From Lingula anatina (taxonomy: Eukaryota > Animalia > Brachiopoda): 64,000 bases of DNA. Positions 26,174-40,700 of the stretch are shown piece after piece. Position numbers and translations under genes: made by a program. The notes below the pieces were generated by a model, which was given only the letters and a program-made list of their open reading frames with translations, was not told where the DNA came from and searched no databases. The stretch's first letter is position 1. Every line of letters starts with the position of its first letter. The DNA lies in NCBI GenBank assembly GCA_051362555.1, contig CM120648.1:18100587-18164586 (forward strand). Reading direction: 5' to 3'.

Positions 26174-29100
26174 GTAAATAGTGCACATGTAGTAAAACAA
26201 GATTCTCGTGTATTCTTAGCTTGCCGATTAGGTATGTGAGTGTCTACATTCTTATTTTCATCAAACTGGGACTTAGAACTCACACGGGCATGAAGCTCAG
26301 AGGTAATCAAATTTTCTTAAAGCAATAATAACTCTTCGTTTTGGCCAAAAAATGAATTTTCCTGGAGTCAACAACAATTTTCCCACACTTACCAATAGTT
26401 AATGAATCTATTTTTATATTCAAAGTTAGTCCCTGGTTTTTTTTCAAAAAGTTTGGTTTTTAGTTAAAATCTCTTAAGAGATTTTACCACAGTATAGCCA
26501 TCAATGGAGGTCACCTGATCTGAAGACAAGCTCAGATATCAGAATAATAGCTATAACGGCTGTTTTCGTCGTAAAACAGAATATATTATATTTCTATGAG
26601 TTATTCACAATGTTTTTATTGTGAAATATAGATTTCATACGAAGAGTTATTGTCCCTTTAATGTCCATGTTTTTAATAGAAGATAATTAAAATTTTGTGG
26701 TATTTATACAGTTGACCATTATGTTATATTGCATCAAAAACCTACTTTGTGCACTATCACCATAACGTTATAAAAAGAAAACTGTTACCTATTTTTTTAT
26801 TTACAAAAATGGTTCTTAGGATTGACAAACAGCTTAAATTAGAAAACCAGCTCTTTTGAATTATTGTTTTAATCGAATTATGCATTTTTTGTGAAATTTC
26901 TATTTATCTCATTCTGGTGTGAGCTTGAACTCTCATGGGCCTGAAGCCTTATGCTTTTACTTACATCGTTATATACTATTGTGCATAATTAAATTTTGAG
27001 GTTGACTGTGCAGTTAAGCATTGTATTACATTAGAACTGACAGCCTCCTATTTTGTGCATTATTATTTTCTGCTTTTTTAAAATTGTGACTTAGATATTT
27101 CATGGGCCTGAATACCTTTGCGAGTCACATTTGGGTGACAAGCCTCTAATCTTCCATTGGGTAACTACTAGCAAAATTCAGAACTATAAGGTCACTTGCC
27201 TAAATTAAGTTTCAAGTGGCAATAAAATTAGACATGTTGAGATTCCCTGTAAACTCCCATAGGTTAAGTTCTCTGCCAGATAACAGTGTCCATAATAGGG
27301 AAGCAGTGATAATTATGCAGATAAATGTTGTTTAATTTTGCAAATAAGTTTTCAAAAAATTATTTTGTATAATGCCAACATTAATGCTAGTTTGAAAAGC
27401 AGCTTTACTGGAATGTTTTGTTTTTAATTTTTTCAAACACTGAGGGTTTCAACTCAATTTTTAACTCCCCTCCACCTGAAGCTCTGCACATTTTCTGTTT
27501 TCCCACATAAGCAGTTGTATTGGTATTTATGTATTTCAACATTATGTAACATTATATTATTCTATGCACTGCTTTCATATGTCAAATATTGTGATTTCAT
27601 TATGTGAATTTGAACTCTCGTGGTCCTGAAACTGTAATCTTATCATAGGGGCAGATTGGGATCGTCCTCAAGGTTTTCAGGAAGACGGTCAGATTTTAAA
27701 GTTTACATTGACGGGTATCTATTTTTATGTACAGACACAGATGTGTCTGTACATATTGCCATCACCTGCGTCTGTCGTCGCCGTCGCCGGTGGCGATGGC
27801 GATGCCGATGGCGATGCCGGCGCCGTGCACTTTCCTTGTAAACACGATAAGTGGAGGGCAGTTTTACTTTTTGGCTTTATATTTACAGAGCTGATGAATA
27901 TTCATAAAATGCAGGTCAAGTTCGAAAATCAGCATGATCGGGCCATTATTGTAGAAGTTATGCTGTTTTTTCACTTTTCAGCATATTTTTCACATTTCCT
28001 CAGATTCAATTCTTAGGCATGTTAACAGTCTCATTATTAAACTAATAAGATACGTAAAAGTTTTTGTTTGACATTTCCTGCATCTTTACAACATTGTTAG
28101 TTGATTTTGTAAAAATGATGGTAAACTTGTTATCGTGTATTGTGTAATTAAGTGTCAAAAATGGAAATAAACACATATCATTGCAGTTTGTCAGATTTAA
28201 TCATCCACTATGTTCAGAATCTCATAATGGAAGAAATTGGACATTTAACACTGCTCTGTTGATATTTTTCCCATCTCATCAATTTTCTTAGTTGATCATA
28301 TAAAAATGGCAGTAAACTGTTAATTTTGTTATATGTTAAAAATTGTTAAAAACTGAAAAAAAAAAACATTTCAGAACAGTGCTGTCTTGTTTACATTTTG
28401 GCATTTCAAGTTGTGACTTTGAAATTCCATGGGCCTGAAGACCTTTGCTAGTCACATTTTCTGAATATCCATGATACTAATATTTTATTATTAAAAATTG
28501 ATGGTCATCATACTGTTAAACATTATGTAATATTGCATCAAAATTTGAAAAAACCTATTTTGGGCACTGCTCCCATGATGACCATTTAAGAAAAACCATG
28601 TCACTTACTGTTCTCAAACAGTACAGTAAATATATATAGATGTGTCTGTACATATTGCCATCACCTGCGTCTGTTGTCCCCGTCATCGCCGTCGCTGGCG
28701 CCGTGCACTTTCATTGTAAACACGATAAGTAGAAGGCAGTTTTACTTTTTATGTACAGACACAGATGTGTCTGTACATATTGCCATCACCTGCGTCTGTC
28801 GTCGCCGTCGCCGATGCTGATGCCGATGCCGATGCCGTCGCCGTGCACTTTCCTTGTAAACACGATAAGTGGAGGGCAGTTTTACTTTTTGGCTTTATAT
28901 TTACAGAGCTGATGAATATTCATAAAACGCAGGTCAAGTTCGAAAATCAGCATGATCGGGCCATTGTTGTAGAAGTTATGCTATTTTTTCACTTTTCAGC
29001 ATATATGCAACACTGTAAACACATTTTAAGGAAAACCGTTAGGCCTGTTGTCATGAAACTCACAGGAGTAATAAATCATACTAAAACAGGTCAAGTTCGA

Positions 29101-30462
29101 AAAATCAGCATGATCGGGCCATTTTTAGGGGAGTTATGCTTTTTATGTACAGACACAGATGTGTCTGTACATATTGCCATCACCTACGTCTGTCGTCGCC
29201 GATGCCGATGCCGATGCCGATGGCGATGCCGTGCACTTTCCTTGTAAACACGATAAGTGGAAGGCAGTTTTACTTTTTGGCTTTATATTTACAGAGCTGA
29301 TGAATATTCATAAAACGCAGGTCGAGTTCGAAAATCAGCATGATCGGGCCATTATTGTAGAAGTTATGCTGTTTTTTCACTTTTCAGCATATTTTTCACA
29401 TTTCCTCAGATTCAATTCTTAGGCATGTTAACAGTCTCATTATTAAACTAATAAGATACGTAAAAGTTTTTGTTTGACATTTCCTGCATCTTTACAACAT
29501 TGTTAGTTGATTTTGTAAAAATGATGGTAAACTTGTTATCGTGTATTGTGTAATAAAGTGTCAAAAATGGAAATAAACTCATATCATTGCAGTTTCTCAG
29601 ATTCAATCATTCACTATGTTCAGAATCTCAGAATGGAAGAAATTGGACATTTAACACTGCTTTATTGATATTTTTCCCATCTCATCAATTTTCTTAGTTG
29701 ATCATATAAAAATGGCAGTAAACTGTTAATTTTGTTTTATGTTAAAAATTGTTAAAAATGGAAAAAAAAAAATTTCAGAACAGTGCTGTCTTGTTTACAT
29801 TTTGGCATTTTCAAGTTGTGACTTAGAGGTTCCATGGGCCTGAAGACCTTTGCTAGTCACATTTTCTGAATATCCATGATACTAATATTTTATTATTAAA
29901 AATTGACGGTCATTATGCTGTTAAACATTATGTAATATTGCATCAAAATTTGAAAAAAACCTATTTTGGGCACTGCTCCCATGATGACCATTTAAGAAAA
30001 ACCATGTCACTTACTGTTCTCAAACAGTACAGTAAATATATATATAGATGTGTCTGTACATATTGCCATCACCTGCGTCTGTCGTCGCCGTCATCGCCAT
30101 CGCCGGTGCCGTGCACTTTCATTGTAAACACGATAAGTGGAAGGCAGTTTTACTTTTGGGCTTTATATTTACAGAGCTGATGAATATTCTTAAAACGCAG
30201 GTCAAGTTCGAAAATCAGCATGATCGGGCCATTATTGTAGAAGTTATGCTTTTTTTTCACTTTTCAGCATATATGCAACACTGTAAACACATTCCAAGGA
30301 AAACCGATAGGCCTGTTGTCATGAAACTCACAGGAGTAATCTATCTTACTAAAACGCAGGTCAAGTTCGAAAATCGGCATGATCGGGCCACTATTTTAGT
30401 AGTTATGCTGTTTTTATGTACAGACACAGATGTGTCTGTACATATAGCCATCATCTGCGTCT

Positions 30463-30493
<31 letters not shown>

Positions 30494-30504
30494 CCGTGCA
30501 CTTT

Positions 30505-31430
30505 TACCGATAACACGATAAGTGGAAAACCATTTTGCCTTTTGATTTGAAACTTGCAGAACTGATGAATATTCATAATACGCAGGTCAAGTTCGAAAAT
30601 CAGCATGATCGGGTCACTCTTAGGGAATTTATGCTGTTTTTTCACTTTTTTTAACATATATGCAGCACCGATAACACGATAAGTGGAAAACCATTGTACC
30701 TTTTGGCTTGAGACTTACAGTACTGATGAATATTCATAATATGCAGGTCAAGTTCGAAAATCAGCATGATCGGGTCACTTATAGGGAATTTATGCTGTTT
30801 TTTCACTTTTTTCAGCATATATACAGCACCGATAACACGATAAGTGGAAAACCATTTTACCTTTTGGCTTGAAACTTACAGAACTGATGAATATACATAA
30901 TACGCAGGTCAAGTTTGAAAATCAGCGTGATTGGGTCATTTTTAGTGAATTTAGGCTATTTTTTCTCTTTTTTCAGCATATATGCAGCACCGATAACACC
31001 ATAAATGGAAAACCATTTGACCTTTTGGCTTGAAACCTACAGAACTGATGAATATTCATAATACGCAGGTCAAGTTCGAAAATCAGCATGATTGGGTCAT
31101 TTTTAGTGAATTTAGGCTATTTTTCACTTTTTTTCAGCATTTTTGCAACACTGATAACACAATAAATGAAGAGCTGTTTTACCCTTTGGCTTGAAACTTA
31201 CAGAACTGATAAATATTCATAATACGCAGGTCAAGTTTGAAAATCAGCACGATCGGGTCACTTATAGGGAATTTATGCTGTTTTTTTTCACTTTTTTCAG
31301 TATATATGCAACACTGATAACACAATATAAGAAAAACAGATTGGCCAATTGTCATTATACTCACAGGAGGGGCCAATCTTACTAAAACGCAGGTTGAGTT
31401 TGAAAATCAGCATAATCAGTCCATTATTTT
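30505..31430 (+). repeat. Tandem array of about 161 bp, about 6 copies
   Basis: TAACAC(G/C/A)ATAA recurs at about 30511, 30673, 30833, 30995, 31154 and 31318. Confidence 0.85.
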
Positions 31431-33667
31431 AAAAGGTAATGCTGTTTTTTCACATTTCCTCACATTCAATTCTTAGGCATGTTAACAGTCTCATTATTGA
31501 ACTAATAAGATACATAAATGTGTTTGTTTGGCATTTCCTGCATCTTTACAACATTGTTAGTTGATTTTGTAAAAATGATGGTAAACTTGTTATCATGTAT
31601 TGTGTAATAAAGTGTCAAAAATGGAAATACACTCATATCATTGCAGTTTGTCAGATGCATTCATCCACTATGTTCAGAATCTCAGAATGGAGGAAGTTGG
31701 GCATTTAAAACTGTTCTATTGATACTTTTCCCATCTCATCAATTTTCTTCATTGGTCATATAAAAATGGCAGTAAACTGTTTATTTTGTTTTATGTTTAA
31801 AAAGTGTTAAAAATGGAAAAAAACCCATTTCAGAACAGTGCTGTATTGTTTACATTTTGGCATTTTCAATATGTGACTTTGAAGTTCCATGGGCCTGAAG
31901 GCTTTTGCTAGTCACATTTTCTGAATAACCATGATACTAATATTTTATAATTAAAAATTGATGGTCATTATGCTGTAAAACATTATGTAATATTGCATGA
32001 AAATTTGAAGAAACCCCTATTTTGGGCACTGCTCCCATGATGACCATTTAAGGAAAATCATGTCACTTACTGTTCTCAAACTTACAGGAAAGAAACATGG
32101 GACTAAAATACAGCTCCAGTAGGCAATGCAGTCTGTTTGGTAAATTTTTCTGGCAATTAAACAGTTTTTTGTGAAAATTTAATTTTTCACTTATTGGCAT
32201 TTTCAAGGTGTGACTTTGAAGTTCCATGATCCTGAAGACCTTTGCTTGTCACATTTCCTAAATATCCGTGATACTAATATTTTATAATTAAAAATTGATG
32301 GTCATTATGCTGTTAAACATTATGTAATGTTGCATCAAAATTTGAAGAAACCCCTATTTTGGGCACTGCTCCCATGATGACCATTTAAGGAAAATCATGT
32401 CAATTACTGTTCTCAAACTTACAGGAAAGAAACATGGGTCTAAAATACAGCTTCAGTAGGCAATGCAGTCTGTTTGGTAAATTTTTCTGGCAATTAAACA
32501 GTTTTTTGTGAAAATTTAATTTTTCACATATTGGCATTTCCAAGGTGCGACTTAGAACCTCCACGGGCTTGAAGACCCGTGCTAGTCACATTTTGTGAAA
32601 ATCCATGACACTTATATTTTATTATTAAAAATCGATGGTCATTATGCTGTTAAGCATTATGTAATGTTGCATCAAAATAGAAGAAAACACAATTTTTGGT
32701 GCTGCTGCCTTGATGACCATTATGGAAAAACCGTGTTACTTATGACTGTCAAACTTTCAAAAAAGAAACACAGGACTAAAATGCAGCCTGAGTTAGAAAA
32801 GCAGTCTAATTGGCTTCTTTTTCTGGAAGTTATACATTTTAGTGTTATATTCATTATCTTTTTTGGCATATTCATTGTGGGACTCGGAGCTCCCATGGAC
32901 ATGAAGCCAAATGGTAATCATATTTTCTACATGTCCATCCTATTTATAGTCAATAAACAAAAATTGGTGATAATTATTCTCTAATTTATTATGTAATGTT
33001 ACATCAAAATTGACAATCTTTTTGCACTGCTACTGCAAACATTATGAAAAGAAAACTGTGCTAGTTATTATAATTTTAAACTTACAAGTACGATTTTTAG
33101 GATTGGCCTTCAGCTCATGAGAAAACCAGCTCTATTGGATTATCATGTTTATTGTATTTATGCATTTTTTGTGAAATTTTCATTTTTCTCATTCTGGCAC
33201 TTTCTAAGTATAAACTTGAACTCTGATGGGCCTGTGTTACCTGTTGTGCATAAGTTGATGTTGACTGTGCAGTTAAACATAATGTATTAATTATTGCATC
33301 AGGATTGGTAGTCTCCTATTTTGGGCATTATGGTTTTGTGCTTTTCTTAAGGTGTGACTTATGGGCCTGAAGACCTTTGAGTGGGTCAGTCTATAAATTA
33401 CCCTTGGGTATCACTAGATTAATTTCAGAGTTATAAAGTCATTTGCTTTAATAGGCCATTAAATGAGATTACGTAAAGCACACTTGTTGATATTTCCCTG
33501 TAAACTCCCAAAGGTAAAGCTCTCTGCTAGATTAATAATAAGGAAGCAGTGATAATTATGCAGGTAAATTTTGTTTAATATTGCAAATAAGTTTTAAATA
33601 TATATATATATATATATATCAAACTGGAAGATTAAAAGTTTGAATAGCAGCTTCATTGGAATTATAT

Positions 33668-33901
33668 TTACCTCAAGCTCTGCCAAGGAGGTTATATTTT
33701 CACCCCTGCTTGTCTGTCATCCACATAACACAAAAGGTTATGGACTGATTTTGCAGAAATTTTCAGGAACTGTCGGAAGTGGGCCAAAGAGGACAATGAT
33801 TAATTTTTGGTGGTGGTCCGGATCAATAATCAATCAATTATCAATAATAATCAACAATTGCTGCCTTGGCAGAGGTCTGCACTCTCAAAGTGCTTTTCTA
33901 G
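33668..33901 (+). mobile_element. Short HINE-type element (family C)
   Basis: Subterminal IRs CTCTGCCAAGG / CCTTGGCAGAG, 3' hairpin GCACT-CTCAA-AGTGC, CTAG end in a T-rich site. Confidence 0.65.
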
Positions 33902-36100
33902 TTTTGTTGTTTTCCTTTATAATTTTTTCTCAAACACTTGCATTTGTGACTTTTAGCCCCAGGCAGGCTGTCATCTGCCTGGGGCTCTGCACATTTTCTG
34001 TATTTCTACATAAGCAGTTGTATTGTTTTTTATGTCTTTAAACATTATGTAATATTATTTTATGCACTGTCATCATTTTTCAAATATTGAGACTTTCATA
34101 ATGCGAATTTGAACTCTCATGGTCCTGAAACTGTAATCTTATTGAAGGGGTGGATTGAGACCATCTTCTGGGTCTTCCGGAAGACAGTCAGGTTATTAAG
34201 TTTATATTGACTGGTATCTATTTTTTTCTGTTGGAACACCATCAAAATGGAGGATGGATCAACATAGATACTTTGTAATACTGTCAGAAAATATCTCTGG
34301 GTCCGCTCCTGTTATTGACCATGTTACCTGTTGTGCAAGATTAAAATTCAGTGTTGACTGACAGTGCTATTATAAGCATTATTTATTATTGCATCAAAAT
34401 TGACAAAATGACCTTTTTTGCATCTTTATTTTCTGTTTTTTGTCTGTACATTTGACAGCTTTGCTGCCTTGTTTCATTTTTCAGCATATATGCAACACTG
34501 TAAACACAATATAAGAAAAACAGATAGGCCAATTGTCATTAAACTCACAGGAGTGGTCAATCTTACTAAAACGCAGGTTGAGTTCGAAAATCAGCATAAT
34601 CGGGCCATTATTTTAGAAGTTATGCTGTTTTTTCACATTTCCTCAGATTAAATTCTTAGGCATGTTAACAGTCTTATTGTTTTTCTAATAAGATACATAA
34701 AAGTGTTTGTTTGACATTTCCTGCAACTTTACAACATTGTAAGTTGATTATGTAAAAATGATGGTAAACTTGTTATCGTGTATTGTGTAATAAAGTGTCA
34801 AAAATGGAAATAAACTCATATCATTGCAGTTTGTCAGATTCAATCATTAACTATGTTCAGAATCTCAGAATGGAGGAAATTGGACATTTAACACTATTCT
34901 ATTGATATTTTTCCCATCTCATCAATTTTCTTAGTTGATCATATAAAAATTGCAGTAAACTGTTTATTTTGTTTTATGTTAAAAAAGTGTTAAAAATGGA
35001 AATAAACCCATGTCAGAACAGTGCTGTCTTGTTTCACATTTCCTCAGATTCAATTCTTAGGCATGTTAACAGTCTCATTATTTAACTAATAAGACATGTA
35101 AAAGTGTTTGGTTGACATTTCCTGCATCTTTACAACATTATTAGTTGATTATGTAAAAATGATGGTAAACTTGTTATCGTGTATTGTGTAATAAAGTGTC
35201 AAAAATGGAAATAAACTCATATCATTGCAGTTTGTGAGATTCAATCATTCACTATGTTCAGAATCTCAGAATGGAGGAAATTGGACATTTAACTCTATGC
35301 TATTGATATTTTTCCCATCTCATCAATTTTCTTAGTTGATCATATAAAAATTGCAGTAAACTGTTTATTTTGTTTTATGTTAAAAAATTGTTAAAAATGA
35401 AAAAAAAAAAAAAAAACATTTCAGAACAGTGCTGTCTTTGTTTACATTTTGGCATTTTCAAGTTGTGACTTTGAAGTTCCATGGGCCTGAAGACCTTTGC
35501 TAGTCACATTTTCTGAATATCCATGATGCTAATATTTTATTATTAAAATTGATGGTCATTATGCTGTTAAACATTATGTAATATTGCATCAAAATTAAAA
35601 AAAAAACTATTTTGGGCACTGCTCCCATGATGACCATTTAAGAAAAACCATGTCACTTACTGTTCTCAAACTTACAGGAAAGAAACATGGGACTAAAATA
35701 CAGCTTCAGTAGGCAATGCAGTCTGTTTGGTAATTCTTACTGCCAGTTAAACGGTTTCACATATTGGCATTTTCAAAGTGTGACTTTGAAGTTCCACGGG
35801 CTTGTTTATTATTGCATCAAAATTGGCAAAATAACCTCTTTTGCATCCTTTTTTCTGTTATTTTGTCTGTACATTTGACAGCTTTGCTGCCTTGTTTTTT
35901 TCATTTTTCAGCATATATGCAACACTGTAAACACAATATAAGAAAAACAGATAGGCCAATTGTCATTAAACTCACAGGAGTGGTCAATCTTACTAAAACG
36001 CAGGTTGAGTTCGAAAATCAGCATAATTGGGCCATTATTTTAGAAGCTGTTTTTTCATATTTCCTCAGATTCAATTCTTAGGCATGTTAACAGTCTTATT

Positions 36101-37979
36101 ATTAGTACCACCAGCGTGTACGCTGGCGGTACTCATGGTTTTAGTCCCGACCCGTCTCGTCCGGCTCCGCCGGCTCCGTTGGCTCCGCCGGCTCCGCGTA
36201 CTGGCGCCGGATACAAGTCACCGTTACCGCTTCTCCTCCTAGACCGCAAGGACCCCTGTCCCCATCTCTTGGATTTAGGTCACATATAACCTCAACTTGA
36301 ACCCCCAGGTTTTTTTGTCTCAGTCGCTGCATTGACCTGGGCGTGACGCTCCTTGAAATGCACCCTTGTCAAAATTTTTGAAAATTCAATGCCAATTATC
36401 TACCCTACGGAAGGAATTATGGGAAAATTTTCTACAGACAGCTTTCCAAAAGTCATATGTGTAGATTTCAAATATGCCCTTGGATTTGACCTTTGACCTT
36501 TATTTCAAGGTCAAACGGGCCAAAATTTAAAAAAAAATGAAATTTTTTAAGAAAAAAAATATTATTTGCCCTGTTATTCAGACACCACACAGACTTAACC
36601 AATAATATTATTGGAAAGTGTTACCCTTTTAGGTCATCTTTCATCTCCATGAATTTGGGGTCAATCGGTGCATTTTCTTGGGAGTAGCGGCCATAAGATG
36701 CCAAAACTGAAAACTGTCTCTAATTCGGGAACCGTTAATGCTAGAGACCCATTCTTTTTTGCATTTTGTAGAGCATGTAAAGCCCAACACTGGAAGTGGT
36801 CTCCGTTTTTTTGTATTCCAAACGGTTTTCATGTTATGCTGTATTAAAAAGTACTTTGTGGTGGCACATTATTGTAACTCAGAATTGTAACATTTAGTCC
36901 CTTATATCTCCAAAACTGGCCGAGATAGGTCAATAGTTATTATTTAAGTTGAATAGGAAGTCATTTACTTGCAATCTAGATGTGAGCTTGAAATTGACCT
37001 TTGACCTACTTTTCACCATGAACTGAACTTTGCAAATTATTGTTCCCTTTTATCTCCAAAACTGGCAGAGATAGGTCAATAGTTACTATTGAACTTGAAT
37101 AGGAAGTCACATACTGGCAATTTAACAGTGACCTTAAAATTGACCTTTGACCTACTTTTCACCATGAATTGAACTTTGCCAATTTTCGTTCCCTTTAATC
37201 CCCAAAACTGACAGAGATAGGTCCATAGTCACTATTGAACTTGAATAGGAAGTCATATACTGACAATTTACTATGACCTTAAATTTGACCTTTGACCGTC
37301 TTTTTACTATGAACTGAACTTAGCAAATTTTCGTTCACCTTTATCTTCAAAACTGACAGAGATAGGTCCATAGTTACTATTGAACTTGAATAGGAAGTAC
37401 ACTAGCAATCTGTGACCTTGAAATTGACCTTTGACCTACTTTTTATGATGAACTGCTTTTTGCATGTTTTCTGGCCTTTAAATCTGCAAAATTGGCAAAG
37501 AAATGCTCATGGTTGCTATTGAACTTGAATAGAAATTCATATACTATGATATTGAAATTGACCTTTGACCTACTTTTTCACCATGAACTGAGCTTTGCAT
37601 ATTTTCTTGCCTCTCATATCTTTAAATCTAGCAGAGATGTCCCCATTGTTTCCCCTAGGTTTTATCTTTTGTCAGCATATATGCACCATTGACAACGTAT
37701 TTCAAGGAAAACCAATAGGCCTTTTGTCTAGAGAATACAGGAGTGATCAAGGGTATGAAAATGCAAGTCAATTCAAAAATCTGCTTGATTGTATCATTTT
37801 TAGTCATATTTTTTTGCATATTTTGAGAACTCTTGTTGATTGCATCTTATAGAGCTTGTCAAACACCAGACTGGTGATGGTGTCCCTTTTAGGAGGGGGG
37901 CGGGGGGGTCCATACGAATGCGCTTACTCCAGCTGGTGGTACAATATCCGGAGGCGGTATCGCCTCTCTGATCCTCTAG
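36101..37979 (+). mobile_element. HINE family A, complete copy with about 5 units of a 146-bp repeat
   Basis: 5' GTACCACCAGC, GGCTCC(G) microsatellite, central repeats, 3' GCTGGTGGTAC, hairpin GAGGCG-GTAT-CGCCTC, CTAG end; it splits a family B unit (CAGTCTTATT|ACTAATAAGATACG). Confidence 0.75.
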
Positions 37980-39409
37980 TTTTACTAATAAGATACGTAA
38001 AAGTTTTTGTTTGACATTTCCTGCATCTTTACAACATTGTTAGTTGATTTTGTAAAAATGATGGTAAACTTGTTATCGTGTATTGTGTAATAAAGTGTCA
38101 AAAATGGAAATAAACACATATCATTGCAGTTTGTCAGATTCAATCATTCACTATGTACAGAATCTCAGAATGGAAGAAATTGGACATTTAACACTGCTCT
38201 ATTAATATTTTTCCCATCTCATCAATTTTCTCAGTTGATCATATAAAAACGGTAGTAAACTGTTAATTTTGTTTTATGTTAGAAATTGTTAAAACTGGGA
38301 AAAAAAAACATTTCAGAACATTGCTGTCTTGTATACATTTTGACATTTTCAAGTTGTGACTTTGAAGTTCCATGGGCCTGAAGACCTTTGCTAGTCTTAT
38401 TTTCTGAATATCCATAATACTAATATTTTATTATTAAAATTGATGGTCATTATGCTGTTAAACATTATGTAATATTGCATCAAAATTTGAAAAAAAAAAA
38501 CTATTTTGGGCATTGCTCCCATGATGACCATTTAAGAAAAACCATGTCACTTACTGTTCTCAAACTTACAGGCAAGAAACATTGGACTAAAATACAGCTT
38601 CAGTAGGCAATGCAGTCTGTTTGGTAATTCTTACTGCCAGTTAAACGTTTTTTTTTTTTTTTGTGAAAATTTAATTTTTCACATATTGGCATTTTCAAGG
38701 TGTGACTTTGAAGTTCCACGGGCTTGAAGACCCATGCTAGTCACATTTTCTGAAAATTCTTGATACGTATATTTTATTATTAAAAATTGACGGTCATTAT
38801 GCTGTTAACCATTATGTAATATGGCATCAGAATAGAAGAAAACACAATTTTGGGTGCTGCTGCCATGATGACCATTATGGGAAAACCATGTTACTTATGA
38901 TTGCCAAACTTTAAAAAAAGAAATACAGGACTAAAATGCAGCCTGAGTTGGAAAAGCAGTCTAATTGGCTTCTTTTTCTGGAAGTTATACATTTTCAAAG
39001 TGTGAACTTGTTACACATTTTACTTACATTGGTATTACCTGTTGAGCATAATTAAAATTTGATGTTGAATTTGCAGTTTAACATAATGTACTTTTGCATC
39101 AGAATTGACAGTAGCCTATTTTGTACATAGTTATTTCCTGTTTTTTGTCTGTACATTTGACAGCTTTGCTGCCTTGTTTTTGTTGGAAGACCATCTAAAA
39201 TGGAGGGTGGATTAACAAAGATATTTTAAAATACTCTCAGAAAATACATTTGGATCCGCTCCTGTTATTGACCATGTTACCTGTTGTGCATGACTTAAAT
39301 TCAGTGTCGATTGACCGTGCTATTACAAGTATTATTTATTTTTTTATCAAAATGAGAAATTAACCTATTTTTTGCATCTTTATTTATTTATTTATTTATT
39401 TTGTCTGTA

Positions 39410-40018
39410 GACTCGCCCTTCAAGAAATCCATGCCTTCAAGAAATCGACGAAAACTGGAAGTGCGTGTTTTTTGCACCGTTTTTCCTGTCATGCCCATCG
39501 TAAACACTGTGTTGTCAAGTAAAATGAAGTGTCTGATACAAAGTATCAAATGAGGCAATGACGTGCTTGCTTGCGATGCGTTCAGTACACTTTGTTTACA
39601 CTGAGAAGTCGAGGTCAGGAATGCATTATGTTTTTCTATGTAATTACGCAGTTTCAATTTTGATTAGTAAATTTTCTTTTATCTGCATGGTCATTTTCCG
39701 AACATTTGTATAAGCCACGAAATATTTCTCATCGGAAAATCACCCAGCAGCTTTCCAAGTACAAGCAAGTGACGTCATGACGCACTTCCGGTTTTCGTCA
39801 AGATCTTGAAGGGATTAGCTTTACGGTTTGCTGCACATTTAAAGCGTTCTGTCTCAAAATGTACTCGACTGCTTGGATTGAAATTTACAAAACTTATTCT
39901 TCACATGATATCACACATATGTGCTTAATTTGAGAGCTTTAGCTGTTATATATTTTCTACAGTGCCCATTCAAAATTGAAAAAGAGCTATTTTCTGTCGA
40001 TTTCTTGAAGGGCAAGTC
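39410..40018. mobile_element. Tc1/mariner-type MITE (609 bp)
   Basis: TIRs GACT(C/T)GCCCTTCAAGAAATC, TA TSD; removing it restores TGTCTGTACATTTGACAG. Confidence 0.85.
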
Positions 40019-40399
40019 TACATTTGACAGATTTGCTGTCTTGTTTTATCTGGGTACAAACACGACAATTTAATTTTCTGTAAAATAAGTCTTCTTTATA
40101 TGACTGAGGATTATTTTTCTTTTTGCCAAGGGATTCCACCTTCTATGTGTTTTTCGTTGGCCATTATACCTTATGTGCCTTGAAGACTGGGCACTTGATA
40201 CCAATTATACTTGATCTTATTAGACGCATTTTCGATGTAATTTATTTATTTTTATACAATATTTATACAATATCCCAAAGTTATATGTTAAAATTTTGTA
40301 AAGAAATTCCTTTATCTTAGCCACGTTTTTGTTTACGTTAAGATTGAGTCATTTTCTGCTGGAATGGGGTTTGATATTCTTCTTCTCTTTATTCTACAG

Positions 40400-40450
40400 C
40401 CGCTCCCCCTGGTGACAGGGAATCACCTGCCTCTCCTGACAGAGAAGCAG
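40400..40450 (+). CDS. Exon 5: duplicated 51-nt linker exon (AAPPGDRESPASPDREA)
   Basis: Paralog of 26123-26173 with conserved acceptor and GTAAGT donor; flanking introns also homologous. Confidence 0.65.
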
Positions 40451-40510
40451 GTAAGTAGTGCACATGTAGTAAAACAAGATTCCGTCTTTTGCTCAGAATC
40501 TGCGAGTGTT

Positions 40511-40552
<42 letters not shown>

Positions 40553-40700
40553 TGACATCACAAAACAAAACATACATTTTCACACTAAACACATATTACA
40601 ACATATATGCAACAGACACAAACTAACATACAGTAGTCTCATTGGACATTAACAGCACAAGGGAGTGACAGAATACGTTGCACAAAGTAACAGTACACAT

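Larger units (their letters stand above)
27722..40045 (+). repeat. Nested and tandem complex of Helentron-like non-autonomous elements (HINE family B) with internal satellites
   Basis: Heads TGTACAGACACAGATGTGTCTGTACA (palindrome) plus (CGCCGT/CGATGC)n at about 27727, 28752, 29146, 30417; tails TGTCTGTACATTTGACAGCTTTGCTGCCTTG at about 34441, 35863, 39146 and 39402/40019; recurring units of about 337 bp and about 400 bp. Confidence 0.7.

Noticed and set aside
27656-31385. Repeated ORFs MCLYILPSPASVVA...
   Set aside because: Derived from HINE heads, microsatellites and satellite units; no domain or splice support
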